Source: Octopus bimaculoides (lineage: Eukaryota). From it: 64,000 nucleotides of DNA. The notes beneath the pieces were generated by a model. The model saw only the letters and a program-made list of their open reading frames with translations. It did not search any database and was not told the origin of the DNA. The DNA lies in contig NC_068985.1 of assembly GCF_001194135.2 (NCBI RefSeq), forward strand, positions 38,075,083 to 38,139,082. The letters run 5' to 3'. The position numbers and the translations under genes are program-made. Of this stretch, positions 14,053 to 27,219 are shown in pieces. Numbering within the stretch: the first letter of the stretch is position 1; the number at the start of each line of letters is the position of its first letter.

Positions 14053-15219
14053 TTAGGTCGTCAAGTATGAAATTTGTAGTGAGGTATATGGTAAACTTGA
14101 CAGCTGTTCATTTTGCGCCATTATTATATCTTGACAATCTTTATTTTTGTGTTAGAAAGCTGACATATCTATTTCTTTATCCTAACCCATTTTGCGCTTT
14201 ATGAAGTATTTATAAATCTTTTTTTGCTATTTATGCTTAGAGATAGATATGTCGGAAATTCGTACAGTTTTGGAATATGAGTTCTTTCTTGGAAATACAG
14301 CATCACAGTCTGCTCGGAATATTAATGGAGTATTTCATTTTAACGTTATTACACAACAGACAGTCTGAAATTGGTTTGCAAAATTTCGTTTTGGTAACTT
14401 TGACCTCACAAATGAGCAACGCGGTCAACCAGAAACAAAGGTGGATAAAGACGTACTGAAAACTACCGTCGAGTCAGATCTATCTTAAACTGCCCGTGAA
14501 TTATCGTTGTTGTTAGGTGTTAGCAAGCAAACAATATTGACTCATCTAGTTCAAATCGGTAAGGGGGAAAAAGTTGGATAAGTGGGTTCCACAAGAACTC
14601 AATGAAAATCAGAGACTGCAACGTCTGGCGGCCTGCATTATGCTACTTTCTCGTCACAAAACTGAATAATTTTTGAATCGAATTGTAACATGTGATGAAA
14701 AGTGGGTCCAATACAACAACCGTAAACGTTCAGCACAATTGTTGGACAAAGACGAGCCACCAAAACACGAAGTATACTGCAACCAACTGGACCAAATGAT
14801 GCTGAAACTTACAAAAAAAACCCAGCCTAGATTAGTCAACAGAAACGCTCCTATTTTATTGCAAGACAACGCCAGATCATACATCGCAAAAATGATATTG
14901 GCGAAACTACAAGAGTTGGAGTTGGAAGTTCTCCATTATCCACCATCTTACTGATCTTGCTCCCACTGACTACCACTTCTTCCAGGATTTGGATAACATT
15001 TTAAGAGGAAAAAAAATTTAATTCCGAGCCTGCCAAGATTTTATTGACTCTAGATTGCTAGGCTTTTACAGTTCCGGGCTGGACAAACTACCGCTGAAAT
15101 GGCAACAGTGTACTGACAATATGTGTGCATACTCTGATGAATATAACTATTCCTTGTATTTATAAAACATTAGCAAACTTTTTTTTTCTTTTCTACAAAT
15201 TTCATACTTGACGACGTAA
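14053..15219 (+). mobile_element. Mariner (D,D34D) DNA transposon, complete ends, internally deleted and non-autonomous
   Basis: 27-bp TIRs TTAGGTCGTCAAGTATGAAATTTGTAG (14053-14079) and CTACAAATTTCATACTTGACGACGTAA (15193-15219), 1 mismatch, with TA duplications at 14051-52 and 15220-21. Decayed transposase about 14249-15140 contains WFAKFRFGNFDL, WVP-ELNE, RIVTCDEKW, LLQDNAR and DLAPTDYHFF. Confidence 0.95.
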
Positions 15220-15866
15220 TATATTCAGAAGGTATATATAGCAATTACTGCTGATTTCTTTATTGGCAAGATGTGCAGTTTTTATAAACTATCAAATATA
15301 AACGATCAAATCGTCTCTGGGATTCCTAAGATATGAAATAGCTAAGTTAACGCCTTTGAATGTACTGAAACAAAGGTAAAAATTATACTGGTGTTTGCCA
15401 ATATACCATTTTCAGTATTCTAGTTTAAAAATGCTTGGATGTCCAAACCACAAGAAAGCGTAATTAATTACATATGTTATTCGTAGCGAAATTTCTCGAT
15501 CGAAGCAATAACAGTGGCAACGTTGAGCTAGACAGTTCTTAAACTTATTTCAGAGAGGTTCTCGATTACTGACTAACATTTAACCAAGTAATGTATTGTC
15601 TCGATCAATTTCACTGCTCTAAGTAAAGACCATCAACATTGATTCCAGACACAATGTCTTGAATATGTTAGCAGCGGTGGGGGGTAAAGTTGTGTTACAC
15701 TCATATCTTGAGAATATCAGAAGCTGCTCAATATTAGAAACGGAATGGCCTTGACTGGTTTTTCGAGACAAGATCAAAATTTTGTCTAGCTGGTAGATTA
15801 TTGTTTAACTTAACGTTGGTTATAATGAGTTGATTTACTATTCACACACAGACGACACAGACACAC

Positions 15867-15902
<36 letters not shown>

Positions 15903-16186
15903 ACACCCTCACACACACAGACACACANNNNNNNNNNNNNNNNNNNNNNNNNNNNNNNNNNNNNNNNNNNNNNNNNNNNNNNNNNNNNNNNNNNNNNNNN
16001 NNNNNNNNNNNNNNNNNNNNNNNNNNNNNNNNNNNNNNNNNNNNNNNNNNNNNNNNNNNNNNNNNNNNNNNNNNNNNNNNNNNNNNNNNNNNNNNNNNNN
16101 NNNNNNNNNNNNNNNNNNNNNNNNNNNNNNNNNNNNNNNNNNNNNNNNNNNNNNNNNNNNNNNNNNNNNNNNNNNNNNNNNNNNNN

Positions 16187-16245
<59 letters not shown>

Positions 16246-17315
16246 GTTTGCTTGTCTGTGACTGCTAGTTTGTTTCTACTTTTACAAATATCTGGTATGT
16301 GGTTTGAGCAAGTATGTGTTTGTTTGCCGCATGTGAATTTGTTTTGAATGAAAGTAGTTGATTTGTATGAATCAGTGTTTGGTTGTCATGGATATTTACT
16401 GTTTATTTCAGTCTGTGTACTTTGAATGAGCCTCGGTGTTTGTGTGTGTGTGAAATTTGTGTGAATGGTTATATGCTATTTGTCAGTTGTGACGTAACGA
16501 AAACGCCATTGAATCTTGTATCTGTCAGATGCTGTATAAAACCAAGGAAAAGACTGATCAACGAAGCGTGAAATGAACGACTGGCATCTTGCAAAAGCAG
16601 CAGTAGCAGCAGTAGCAGCAGCAATGGCAGAATAAAGATATTTGCAGTGCCATTCGCAGCAGAGTTTCGTCGTGTCGATTTTGGGAGGTGATGTTGTTGA
16701 GCGACAATTCACGTTCGGTGGGGCGGTGTTGTCAGTTGCAATGCCGGCTTCACTGCTGGTAGAGAATACACAGCAGTAGTTACGAGTTGAATGAAGCATG
16801 TAGCTCATTTCATCTGCACTAATATTGAGTCACTGAAGCGTGAAGTACTCTAGTGTTGAATGCATGTGATTATAGTAATCATATTGATTTGCTTCTACAG
16901 TTTCTTTCGCCTGTTTGGTGACCAAATGGATTTCAATTGTTGTCGCTTTTGCTCCCCGCGCTGTTGGTCCAGACCACTGTCTGCCTCTTTTGTTCCTGTT
17001 AATACGTACCTGTAAATAAATTTATCAGTCAATCCCTTTAGCCATCTTTTAGTCAGGTTAAATATCCGTAATATGGAAGCGCGTGTGCATGTGTGTGTGT
17101 ATGTGTATTTGGACGGGTGACTAACACGTGTGTCGTTCTATGGGCTCACGTGTGTATGTGTGCGTGTGTATTTGTGGTCTGTATGTATGTGTTTGTTTTC
17201 ACATAGCTATCTATATACGTAACTTTTCGTTTCGCTACATACACGTTTTGCTGGCACACACATCCACCCACCAAGTCACGAACGATATAATGGATGTAAT
17301 GTCATATACACTTGT

Positions 17316-17316
<1 letters not shown>

Positions 17317-17364
<48 letters not shown>
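17317..17364 (+). repeat. (TATC)12 microsatellite
   Basis: Direct reading. Confidence 0.95.
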
Positions 17365-17365
<1 letters not shown>

Positions 17366-18719
17366 GTTTGTCTGTCTGTCTCTGTATGCATATACATACA
17401 CACAAGTAAAATTTCCTCTCTCACCATATATATATATATATATATAGATCGAACCATCTCAAGTGTAACTGCTCGAAATGGTCGAGACGTCAGGTACTTG
17501 ACTGAAGAAAGAAGGCCACAAATGACCCGTCTTTTTCTTGCCTGTCCTTCTAATTGTTGTTTCTCTTGTCCGCCTTTGTATCGTCTATCTGTCCAAACGA
17601 TTTTATTGTCCTGTATTGCGTTTTTGTTCCATATATATATNNNNNNNNNNNNNNNNNNNNNNNNNNNNNNNNNNNNNNNNNNNNNNNNNNNNNNNNNNNN
17701 NNNNNNNNNNNNNNNNNNNNNNNNNNNTACAGGGGTAAAAAAAAAAATGAATGTTAATTCGCCAAAACGTAGACTTTTGAAATTTAACCCCAAATGTAAT
17801 TGGCAAAACTATACGCATGTCCATTGTCGTGTGGACGTCTCGTGTTTAGTTCTGCAAATTATATTTTGCTATGACGGTCACACTGATGAATTGCGGGACA
17901 TTTACGTATATAATTATATATGTAGTAACAATGAAATCTGATATGTGACTGACTAATCATTATATTTTGTATCTTTTCATTTATCTTGCTCGCTTACGCT
18001 CTGGCGTTTGCTGAATTTTCGCGAGAACAATCTTTTCTTAGTGGTCAGACCATATGGGGTCTACTTCTAGCATTTTGGATGTCCACTTAGTGGCCATCCT
18101 TCTTTTATGTAATTTATGTACGTAAATGTATCATACACACACAGACACATATCCTGGAATACGCTTTGCTGCTCTGCAAGGATTATTGATAAAAAATAAT
18201 ATAATGTTTGACGAAAAAATATTGATTCAAAGATTTGTCGACAATAACCAACGATATTTGTTGTGATTAAATCTAGATCGTCTCATTAACTTACTAATTA
18301 TTATTGGTGATAGTTTGGCTTAAACGATCCATTCTTCTATTCACCAATATTCAAATATAACTCCACACAAACGTATTTCATAACTTTTCGTTTAGTTTAT
18401 TCAGCCTAATATTTATTTACACCTGTAACAATGTACTTCTCTATATTATACTTTTCTCCTCATCCCCCTATTTCTTTCACTCTTTCTCTTCTCTCCCTCT
18501 CCTTCTGTTTACCCCCTCTCTCTCACTATGTCTTAATCCCTCTCTCTTTCACACACACTCTCGCTCACTCTCTCCTTCGGTCTCTGTATATCTTTCTCCC
18601 TCTCTCAATCGTTCGACTAGTCTACTGATTTTGCAAGTTTACGTCAACACTGATTTTCATTTCCACGTGTGTGCATAACTGTGTGCGTGTGTATGTGTGT
18701 GCATACATGCAAATAAAGA

Positions 18720-18757
<38 letters not shown>

Positions 18758-18928
18758 ATATATATACCCGTTCTCTCTATCTCACACATCATACAGGCGC
18801 GTGTCACATTATAGATTTATAAGTATATTAAATATATATATATATATAATATATATTTTTATACATACACACACGCATAAATGTACATATTCACTAAAGC
18901 ATCTTAATGTGTATCATTTTGCGTAAGC

Positions 18929-18983
<55 letters not shown>

Positions 18984-20999
18984 NNNNNNNNNNNNNNNNN
19001 NNNNNNNNNNNNNNNNNNNNNNNNNNNNNNNNNNNNNNNNNNNNNNNNNNNNNNNNNNNNNNNNNNNNNNNNNNNNNNNNNNNNNNNNNNNNNNNNNNNN
19101 NNNNNNNNNNNNNNNNNNNNNNNNNNNNNNNNNNNNNNNNNNNNNNNNNNNNNNNNNNNNNNNNNNNNNNNNNNNNNNNNNNNNNNNNNNNNNNNNNNNN
19201 NNNNNNNNNNNNNNNNNNNNNNNNNNNNNNNNNNNNNNNNNNNNNNNNNNNNNNNNNNNNNNNNNNNNNNNNNNNNNNNNNNNNNNNNNNNNNNNNNNNN
19301 NNNNNNNNNNNNNNNNNNNNNNNNNNNNNNNNNNNNNNNNNNNNNNNNNNNNNNNNNNNNNNNNNNNNNNNNNNNNNNNNNNNNNNNNNNNNNNNNNNNN
19401 NNNNNNNNNNNNNNNNNNNNTATATATATATATATATATATCTTATTTTTTTCTTAAGCGATTATTTAGCAAGTAGGTATTACCTATTTTACACTTTACT
19501 GTAAAACATTCATAACGCCGAACTGACGTAGAAGCCTCTTAGCAGACGCTCGTATTGCTAGAAATCATAATCTCTCCCCACTTAAATAAGAGAAGGCAAA
19601 GGAACATATACTTTTTGATGACCGTAAAAGGACTGGTTAATTACAGAATAAATTCCCATAATCGATTAGTGTTCATATGAGTTTAAACAACGACAATATA
19701 CGCAGCGTTGCGTCTTATTCGTTTGCTAGACAATATTCTTCTTCTTTGAAGATCAGTACAGTTAACTTGCTGCGATGTTTTGTTTAATCTCAACTAACCC
19801 CTAATCATGCAGATTATCCTCTTTATTTTTTCAGACCTATTTTAATCTCCATCTATGTAAGCCATACACAATGTGTCCTTGTTAAGTTAGTAAAGTGTGA
19901 AGCGATAGAGATTTTGATTGTTGCTTCTAGCACGTCGGGAGACCACGTGGAGGCTCTCTGATCGCATTGTTATTTAGACATACTTTTCCTTTTTACTACT
20001 GTAAAGCTGTTATGACTTCCGAAAAGAATAACTGATCCTGCTTAGAAACTGAAAGTAACTTTAACATAACTGTAGCATGCGTATACACATGAATCAATCT
20101 ATCCATCTATACATACATATGCAAGCACCCACACATACAGACCCACAAACACACATGCACGCACTCATGTACACAGACACATATATACGAGATAATTTAA
20201 ACATGGTTTCTTGAATTGCAAATCAGTTAATGGAAAATACTCACACATAAGAGGAACATTAGATTATTTTACGACTCTTTGTAAAACTCAAATTAGACAA
20301 AATGTAAGGCTTCTGTCCGCTTTAAAGTGAAGCATCACGTTGTTTTAATTATAATTGGTCTTGATTTGTTTGTTCTGAATTCGCTGGCTTTAATTATGTT
20401 TGTCTGAAGCTACCGATATCTTCATTGATTCCGCGAGTAATTATAACAGGGTAGAGAAAGAGCGATACAGAAGGAGAGAAGAAAGCATGTTGAGATAGGA
20501 AAATAAGTGGAAGAAATGAAGGAGAAAATGCGAAAGAAAGAAAAAAAAATGAGTGAGGTAATGAGGGGAGGAAGCTAAAGTGCATAATGACAGTAAAAAA
20601 CTTGAGTATAAAAACATTGACTCAATGAGCAAGTTATCATACGACAAAATGTTGTCTTTGTCTCTGGTGAGTTCTGATCAAGAGATTTGTGATCGAAAGT
20701 ATTCCAACCATAACCATCCAAATTTTATTTCAGATAATGTATCTGGGACTATATTGTTCTACATGCCGTTTTGTAAGACGGTAGAGTGTAGTTTGAGGGC
20801 TATTTCATTATTATTTATACCATTTTTAGTTACTAAGTCGGTGATTCCGTGTTGTTACTCATATGACAAATGAAGACTGAGAATAGAACTATTTGAGAAA
20901 GAACGAAGAGAAAATTAAGAAGGCTGTGAGAATGGAATGAAAAGCATGTCTGAAAGGAAGTGACGAGGAATAAATCTCATTTATAGGAAGAGTGAGAAT

Positions 21000-22003
21000 A
21001 TATGGCACCATATGTACCGAATTTGATTCAAAGGACTGCGCGAAAAGCGCGATTACAAATTGTCCGTGACACACCTTCCCATATGCTGGTTCTGCAGTAC
21101 TTGGGAATGAGGAGCATGAGAATCAAGGTATGAGACAACGTTAATGATATTGACCTCTGGTTAGTGGTCATCTTCGTGACAGTATAAGTGGATGGATAGT
21201 ACTCAGAAGTCCTCATACCTCTGCAAAACCACAATGCAATGTCAAAGCAACATAAAAGCAGCAAACAGGAATACGTTACAGCTCAGTATCTTAGACGAAC
21301 TAGCTGCTGTACATGTGGCAGCAAAACTCATATAAGGGCTCTCTACACAGAAAGCCAAAAAGAACAGAAGCAATAGCAATAAGCACAAGTGATGGAGGGT
21401 GCCGGTCCTAAAGTGACACCATGCACAACTAGTGACTTAGGAAATAGTATTGTCCCGTACTCATTGCCCGGAGAGAACTACGAAATTCAAGTATCGATTT
21501 TTCCAGTTACAACTGGCGAAAGCAAAGTCGATGAGAGTCGTCCACAACAGCAACCCTAAACACGGCAGGGAGTAAGTATCCGGAAGCACCCTTTCATAGC
21601 TGTATACCACTACATCAACTTACGAATATGGGGACCAGACCAAGGCCGATACAAATTCTTTGAGAAAAAGGAAGATGACTCGACAAATGAAAAAGAAATT
21701 GAAATAAAAAATGTAATAGAAAATGCAGGAATGGGTACACTTCTGTGTAGTGGAGAAACTTTTTTCTAGGGAAGATCTCATCTATAATGATAATAAAAAC
21801 GAAAACCCATAAACTGTGAGGAAGAAATAGCCTCCTGCTTGAAAGAAATTAAATCCGCAGCTCTTTACAAAACTGACGTGCTTTTAATAATCCATTTATT
21901 CGGAAAGCACCAAGATTTCCCAGACGAAGAACAAGTCGAAAAGAAAATAGGCAAACTTTTAAAAAAATACAAAACACAAAATATTCGTTTCAAGTTCTGG
22001 CAC
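21000..22003 (+). pseudogene. Decayed retroelement ORF1/gag-like coding remnant with a zinc knuckle
   Basis: 21305-21346 encodes C-C-T-C-G-S-K-T-H-I-R-A-L-Y, i.e. CX2CX4HX4C with the last TGC changed to TAC. Coding-like segments broken by stops and frameshifts follow (YHYINLRIWGPDQGRYKFFEKK..., INCEEEIASCLKEIK...KKYKTQNIRFKFWH*). Confidence 0.5.
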
Positions 22004-22201
22004 TAGGACAGCAATTCTGGGGGAGGAGTTGAGTCGATAACATCGACCTTAGTGTTCAACTGGTACTTATTTTATCGACCCCGAAAAGGATGAAAGGCAA
22101 AATCAACCTCGGCGGAATTTGAATTCTGAACGTAAAGACGGACGAAATACAGCTAAGCATTTTGCCGGACGTGCTAACGGTTCCACCAGCTCGCTGCCTT
22201 A
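22004..22201 (-). mobile_element. Family B SINE
   Basis: CAACTGGTACTTATTTTATCGACCCCGAAAAGGATGAAAGGCAAAATCAACCTCGGCGGAATTTGAA...CCAGCTCGCTGCCTT. Confidence 0.88.
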
Positions 22202-23838
22202 CGAGGAGTACGATGTGGTACTTGTCGGGTAACAGGACGTAGGCTCTCATATGCCAACTGGAACTTAAGAGCTTCTCACGAAATCTGAAATTCTGAAATC
22301 CTCAGCTACGAAGAATATTAGAATTAATTTGCGAACGTACATCATTCTCTTCGACTCTTCCTGTTGTATGATTATAACACTTCTTTCTTTTGTTAATAAA
22401 TTCATAACATTCGCATAATTTTCAGTAATATGAAAGACTGTTATTATGTATGTAAGTGTAATCTTTCTTAGCTAAAGCAGCGCAGTCTGAAATCCGTTGC
22501 AATCAACGAACCTTCGCGTGTTTGCAGTTATTTAACGAGTTCTGTACGATTACATTCTTTTGGTAGTCTCTATTTGGAAAGCTCTTGATTTTATACCGCA
22601 ATCGAGAATCATTCTATACATCTTTGAGTCGTGCACTTCTCAGCCAGAAAATTTATCTTTTTTTCCATTCTATTCAGTAATTTTTTTTTTCAGGTACTAA
22701 CCATATAGGGATTTTCACGCCATTGTTTTAGCATGCATTGTGTAGTCCGACCTAAAGTTATATTTTGACGTTTTCTAATTTCAATTGTTATTTTCCCATT
22801 ATTCTCGCAACTGTCAATTCCTTACGCTCTTCTTTTAGTTTTGTTGGCTTCCTTCTACACAGAGGAGATTCTCTTCGGTTAGTCTGTTTTGTAGCCATTT
22901 ATATTGTTTCATTGCTCTTAACAAAAGTATATTTATAACTCTACAGTGGATATTTTATCGAAGATTTTCAATTGCATTAGAACTTACCTTTCTATGTTCG
23001 TGGTAAATATGATCGTTCTGTAAAAAGATTTTGAGTAATGTGACATAAATGCACTCATTAAAAAAAAGTCTCTGTCTAGTTTTATTGCTAATCATCAAAT
23101 ATAATATTTTAAAATATAATAGAATATTGTATTAGAACTTTATAAAAATATATAATTTTATTACTAGTTCAACTAGCGTATTAATGCCTATCGCTTCATA
23201 CAATTTATATTTAAATCCTGTTAAAATCCTCCTTAAATATATATTTTTTATTTTTGCGAGTTGTACTGAATCGTTCAATAATTACCAAGTATTACTAATA
23301 GTTATCTGTATTTTATTACTTATACAAGCCTGTGTCTGGTTCAACTTTCTTAACTCCGTGTATCAAAGCTAATTATTACTAGTCTTAGTTAAATTAATTT
23401 AACCTATTTTCAAAGTTGTCGCGGCTCATTTTTCAAATTCGATACTCATATCAATTTCTTTAGCAACTCTGTGTTCTGTTTGCAGTGATGTTTCTAGTTG
23501 TTTAAGATCTATAGCGTACAAATTGAGATGTTCCAATTAGAAAAAGATGTTTATGTCAACCCATGGTATTTGTATCTGGATTCTGTTTGGTTAAGCATTT
23601 TGCTTTAAAATGTAAGAACCAGACAGAAAGGGAATTAAAATACAATTCTCGGATGTTTTACAGTAGCAATATATAGAGATCTAGTGATGGGTAAGAGCGA
23701 TGACTTTCTCGAGAAAGCCCTAGACGTCGACAGGGATGAATTATCTGGTTGTTTTGGAGGACCTTCGGGCCCGGTACTACCATAGATAACGTCCAGAAAT
23801 CCCTGGCCAAAATCTGAAATCATTGTTGTCGCCATCAT

Positions 23839-24510
23839 TAAGGCAGCGAGCTGTTAGAATCTTTAGTACAACACCTTTCAGTATTTCGTACGTCTATACT
23901 TTCTGAGTTCAAATTCTGCCATAGTCGACTTTGCCTTTCAGCCTTTCGGGGTCAATAAAGAGGTGCTAGTTAAACCCTGAGGTTTACTAGCTCCCCTTTC
24001 TCTAAATTTCAGGCCTTGTACCTATAAGAGAAAGGATCATTATTATTATCATCAGAGTGGCGAGCTGGCTGAACCGTTCGCAAGCCGGACAACTTGCTTT
24101 TGCGGCATTTCGTCTATTTCTACGTTCTGAGCTCAAATTCCCCCGTAGTTGACTTTGCCTTTCATCCTTCCGGAGTCGATAAAATTAGTACCAGTCAAGT
24201 ACTGGGGTCGATGTAAAACTACAGGACCTAGTCCAAAATATGAAACTATTATTATAATTACCATCATCACCTGGGCCGGTTCATTGGCAAAATCGTTAAG
24301 AGCATCGAAAAAGATGCATTGTGATATTGTTCCCGCACTTTTTACTCTGAGCTCAAATCCCGTCGAGGTAACCTTTGCCTTTTCACCCCCCCCCACCAGA
24401 GTTGATAATATTAGGTACCAGTAAAGTATTGGTGTAAATGGTATCAACTAAGCACTTTCTCGAAATTATTGATCTTACGCCTCAAAGAGAGATTGTCGTT
24501 ATTAGCATCA
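23839..24510 (+). mobile_element. Three head-to-tail family B SINEs (about 23839-24053, 24054-24270, 24271-24510)
   Basis: Three successive heads and cores, each ending in ATT/ATC-rich tails. Confidence 0.85.
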
Positions 24511-25737
24511 TCAACAGAAGGAGAGTAAAATAAATTTTAATTTCTGATATTTTATCATAGCTATTGTTGCTATATTTTTTCCCCTATTTTGTCAACTCTA
24601 GTTATTCGATCCCGTCGTAAATATATCACATTCCTTGATCGTCCTCTTTCTTTCTTGCATATTTTGTTTCTTAGTCGCCATATTGTATTAATATTGACGG
24701 TAAATGATATTACGTGAGCTGTTCTGCAGGCGACAATAACCTTCCCGAAAATGTCCCTCTCTGCCACCATTTGCTAACGAGACAAGGATTTTGTTGCAAT
24801 GTTTAGGGCCTCAGCCTAGTTAATTACCCATAGGTCAAGGAAATGACCTTCCTCCTTGCACTGGGCTGAATTTATTAATACAGATTCTTTACTCCTAAGC
24901 ATAACATTTTAAAGATATCCCTGACACCTATTTTATATTATTTTGTTGATAATGTGTATCAGTATTTTTGTCTTCTGTTTTTTTTTCTTTTTGCATGGCG
25001 CCAGTCCTGTTTCTGCAGTCTAATCAGAAAGAGGAGATAAGCATTAGAAAAAACAGAATGTGAGAGATGGAAGTGGGAGGAGAACTTAGAGGAGGATGAA
25101 AACAGAGGGAGTGATTAAGAAGAAATACGAACAACGAGAAGGATCTGTATGCGCGCGCGCGTATCTGAATGAGTGATCTGTTTTCTTTAGAACTTAATTC
25201 AGGCTTAATTCCGTCATTCCAACTCGAGAAAGTCCTTTCCCCTCGAGAAAGTCCCCACCTATCTCGTTACTTTCTCTTTTTACTCCCTTCACAGAATATT
25301 TTGATTCCACTAACAGAAGACATACTTTTCACCGAATTCCTCGATTGATTGGCACACCATGCTGAGAACGACCGTAAAATATGTTTATGTAACCTCATCA
25401 ACATTTCAAGACTAAAACACTTGCATGCAAGGAATTAGTGCTGAATGATTAAACAGTTAGGGTCGTCAGACAGTGACCAAGTTTGAAGTGTATCATTTGC
25501 GAATAATTCCCTTGCCTACAGCTATGCACTTCATATTTAACATAATAAAGACTTCAAACGTAATGACTTCCTTAGATTAATAGATAACTGAAAAAGGAAA
25601 CCTGTGGCATTCATGCCTCTACCCAAGACAATTGTTAGCATATAGTATTATCGAAATCTGTTTACTAAGTAGATTCAACTCAGATGCTATTGTGGACCTG
25701 GGCTTATCGTTTCTGTTTGCAATAATAGTATTTTCTT

Positions 25738-25958
25738 AAGGTGGTGAGTTGGTAGAATCATTAGCACGCCGGGCAAAATGCTTCGCCGCATTTCGTCCAT
25801 TTTTGCGTACGGAGCTAAAATTCCGCCGCGGTAGACTTTGCCTTACATCTTTTCGGAGTCGATAAAATATGTAGCAGTTGAACACTAGGAGTCGATGTAA
25901 TCGACTTACTTCCTCTTCCGAAATTGCTGTCCTTACCCGAAAATTTGAAACCAATAAT
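25738..25958 (+). mobile_element. Family B SINE
   Basis: AAGGTGGTGAGTTGGTAGAATCATTAGCACGCCGGGCAAAATGC...GGAGTCGATAAAATATGTAGCAG. Confidence 0.88.
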
Positions 25959-26184
25959 GGTATTTTTTCGATAGGCTAGAGAAGAGGATGGAACTGAGGC
26001 CTGATGATGCTATTACAGTTGTATGAGTGTAATTTAGTCCAACAGAAATAACGTAATTTGTTCGAATTGAAACGGAAAATATGAATAGCTATTCCTCCCG
26101 AGAAGAGCCTCTCTGCGGTTACTCTACCTGTTAAGAATACGACCAAGTATCATTAAAACGAGAGACCTGGGACAATGCAGTTCT

Positions 26185-26225
<41 letters not shown>

Positions 26226-27005
26226 GGAGTGACAGAATTAGTTATAGTTACATCCCCTTTAATCATGTGTCTCTCTGAGCAGGGCTGATGGCGTGAGGTT
26301 TAAACAAAAATGTAATCATCAGTAAGAACATTAACAAATAGTAAAACAGTAACATACGAGATCCCCAACTGCTTTTGCTATATATTCAGTTCTATTTGTG
26401 CCAGAAACCATATTATTTACCAGTTTGTGTTATGGAAACAATGTAACATACAAGTAATTAGTTGAGGATAAGCCGTAATATCTCTAGCTGAAAAATTAAC
26501 TAGGAAAACGGTGATGGGGCTAGCTGTTTATTTAAATACAGCTAATTTACTCAGAAGTTTCTCTATATACACTCGCATAGAAGCACACAAAATATTTCTC
26601 ATATATTCTCAAATTATTATTGTTGTTGTTACTGCTACTGTTTAACCCAGGTCTGCCCTACTCGTGCAAACTGTGATTAAACGTATTCTCGTCGAAACGA
26701 CGCCAGATAAAATTTGTTCAAGGCTACATTATTCAACCTGCTTTTATTTTTTTATTGTTTCAAATTTAGGGCGCAATGTTACTTGAGAGAGTTATGACAG
26801 TTCTTTCTAGGGTCTTCCACTGAATTTGGATATAAATTTTGCATAGGATATACTTACTTTAATCGGTGATCCCACTTTGTGGTGGTTAATCTACATTTTG
26901 GTCTTTCAAATGAATGCAGTGGCAATTCGTCAAAACTTTACTATAGACCCATGTAAGAAAATGATTTCAGTATCGTAAATACACATAAAACTGACCTACT
27001 GCCCA

Positions 27006-27219
27006 TATTGATTTCAAATTTTGGCACAAGGCCAGCAGTTTCGGGGGAGTGGCTAAATCAATTCTATAGATCCCAGGACTCAACTGATACTTATTGACCC
27101 TCGAAAGAGATGAATGGCACAGTCGACCCCGGCGGAATTTGGACTCAGAACGTAAAGACGGACGAAACACCACTATATATTTCGACCGGCGTGCTAACGA
27201 TTCTGGCAGCTCGCCACTT
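27006..27219 (-). mobile_element. Family B SINE
   Basis: GAAAGAGATGAATGGCACAGTCGACCCCGGCGGAATTTGGACTCAGAACGTAAAGACGG...GATTCTGGCAGCTCGCCACTT. Confidence 0.88.
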
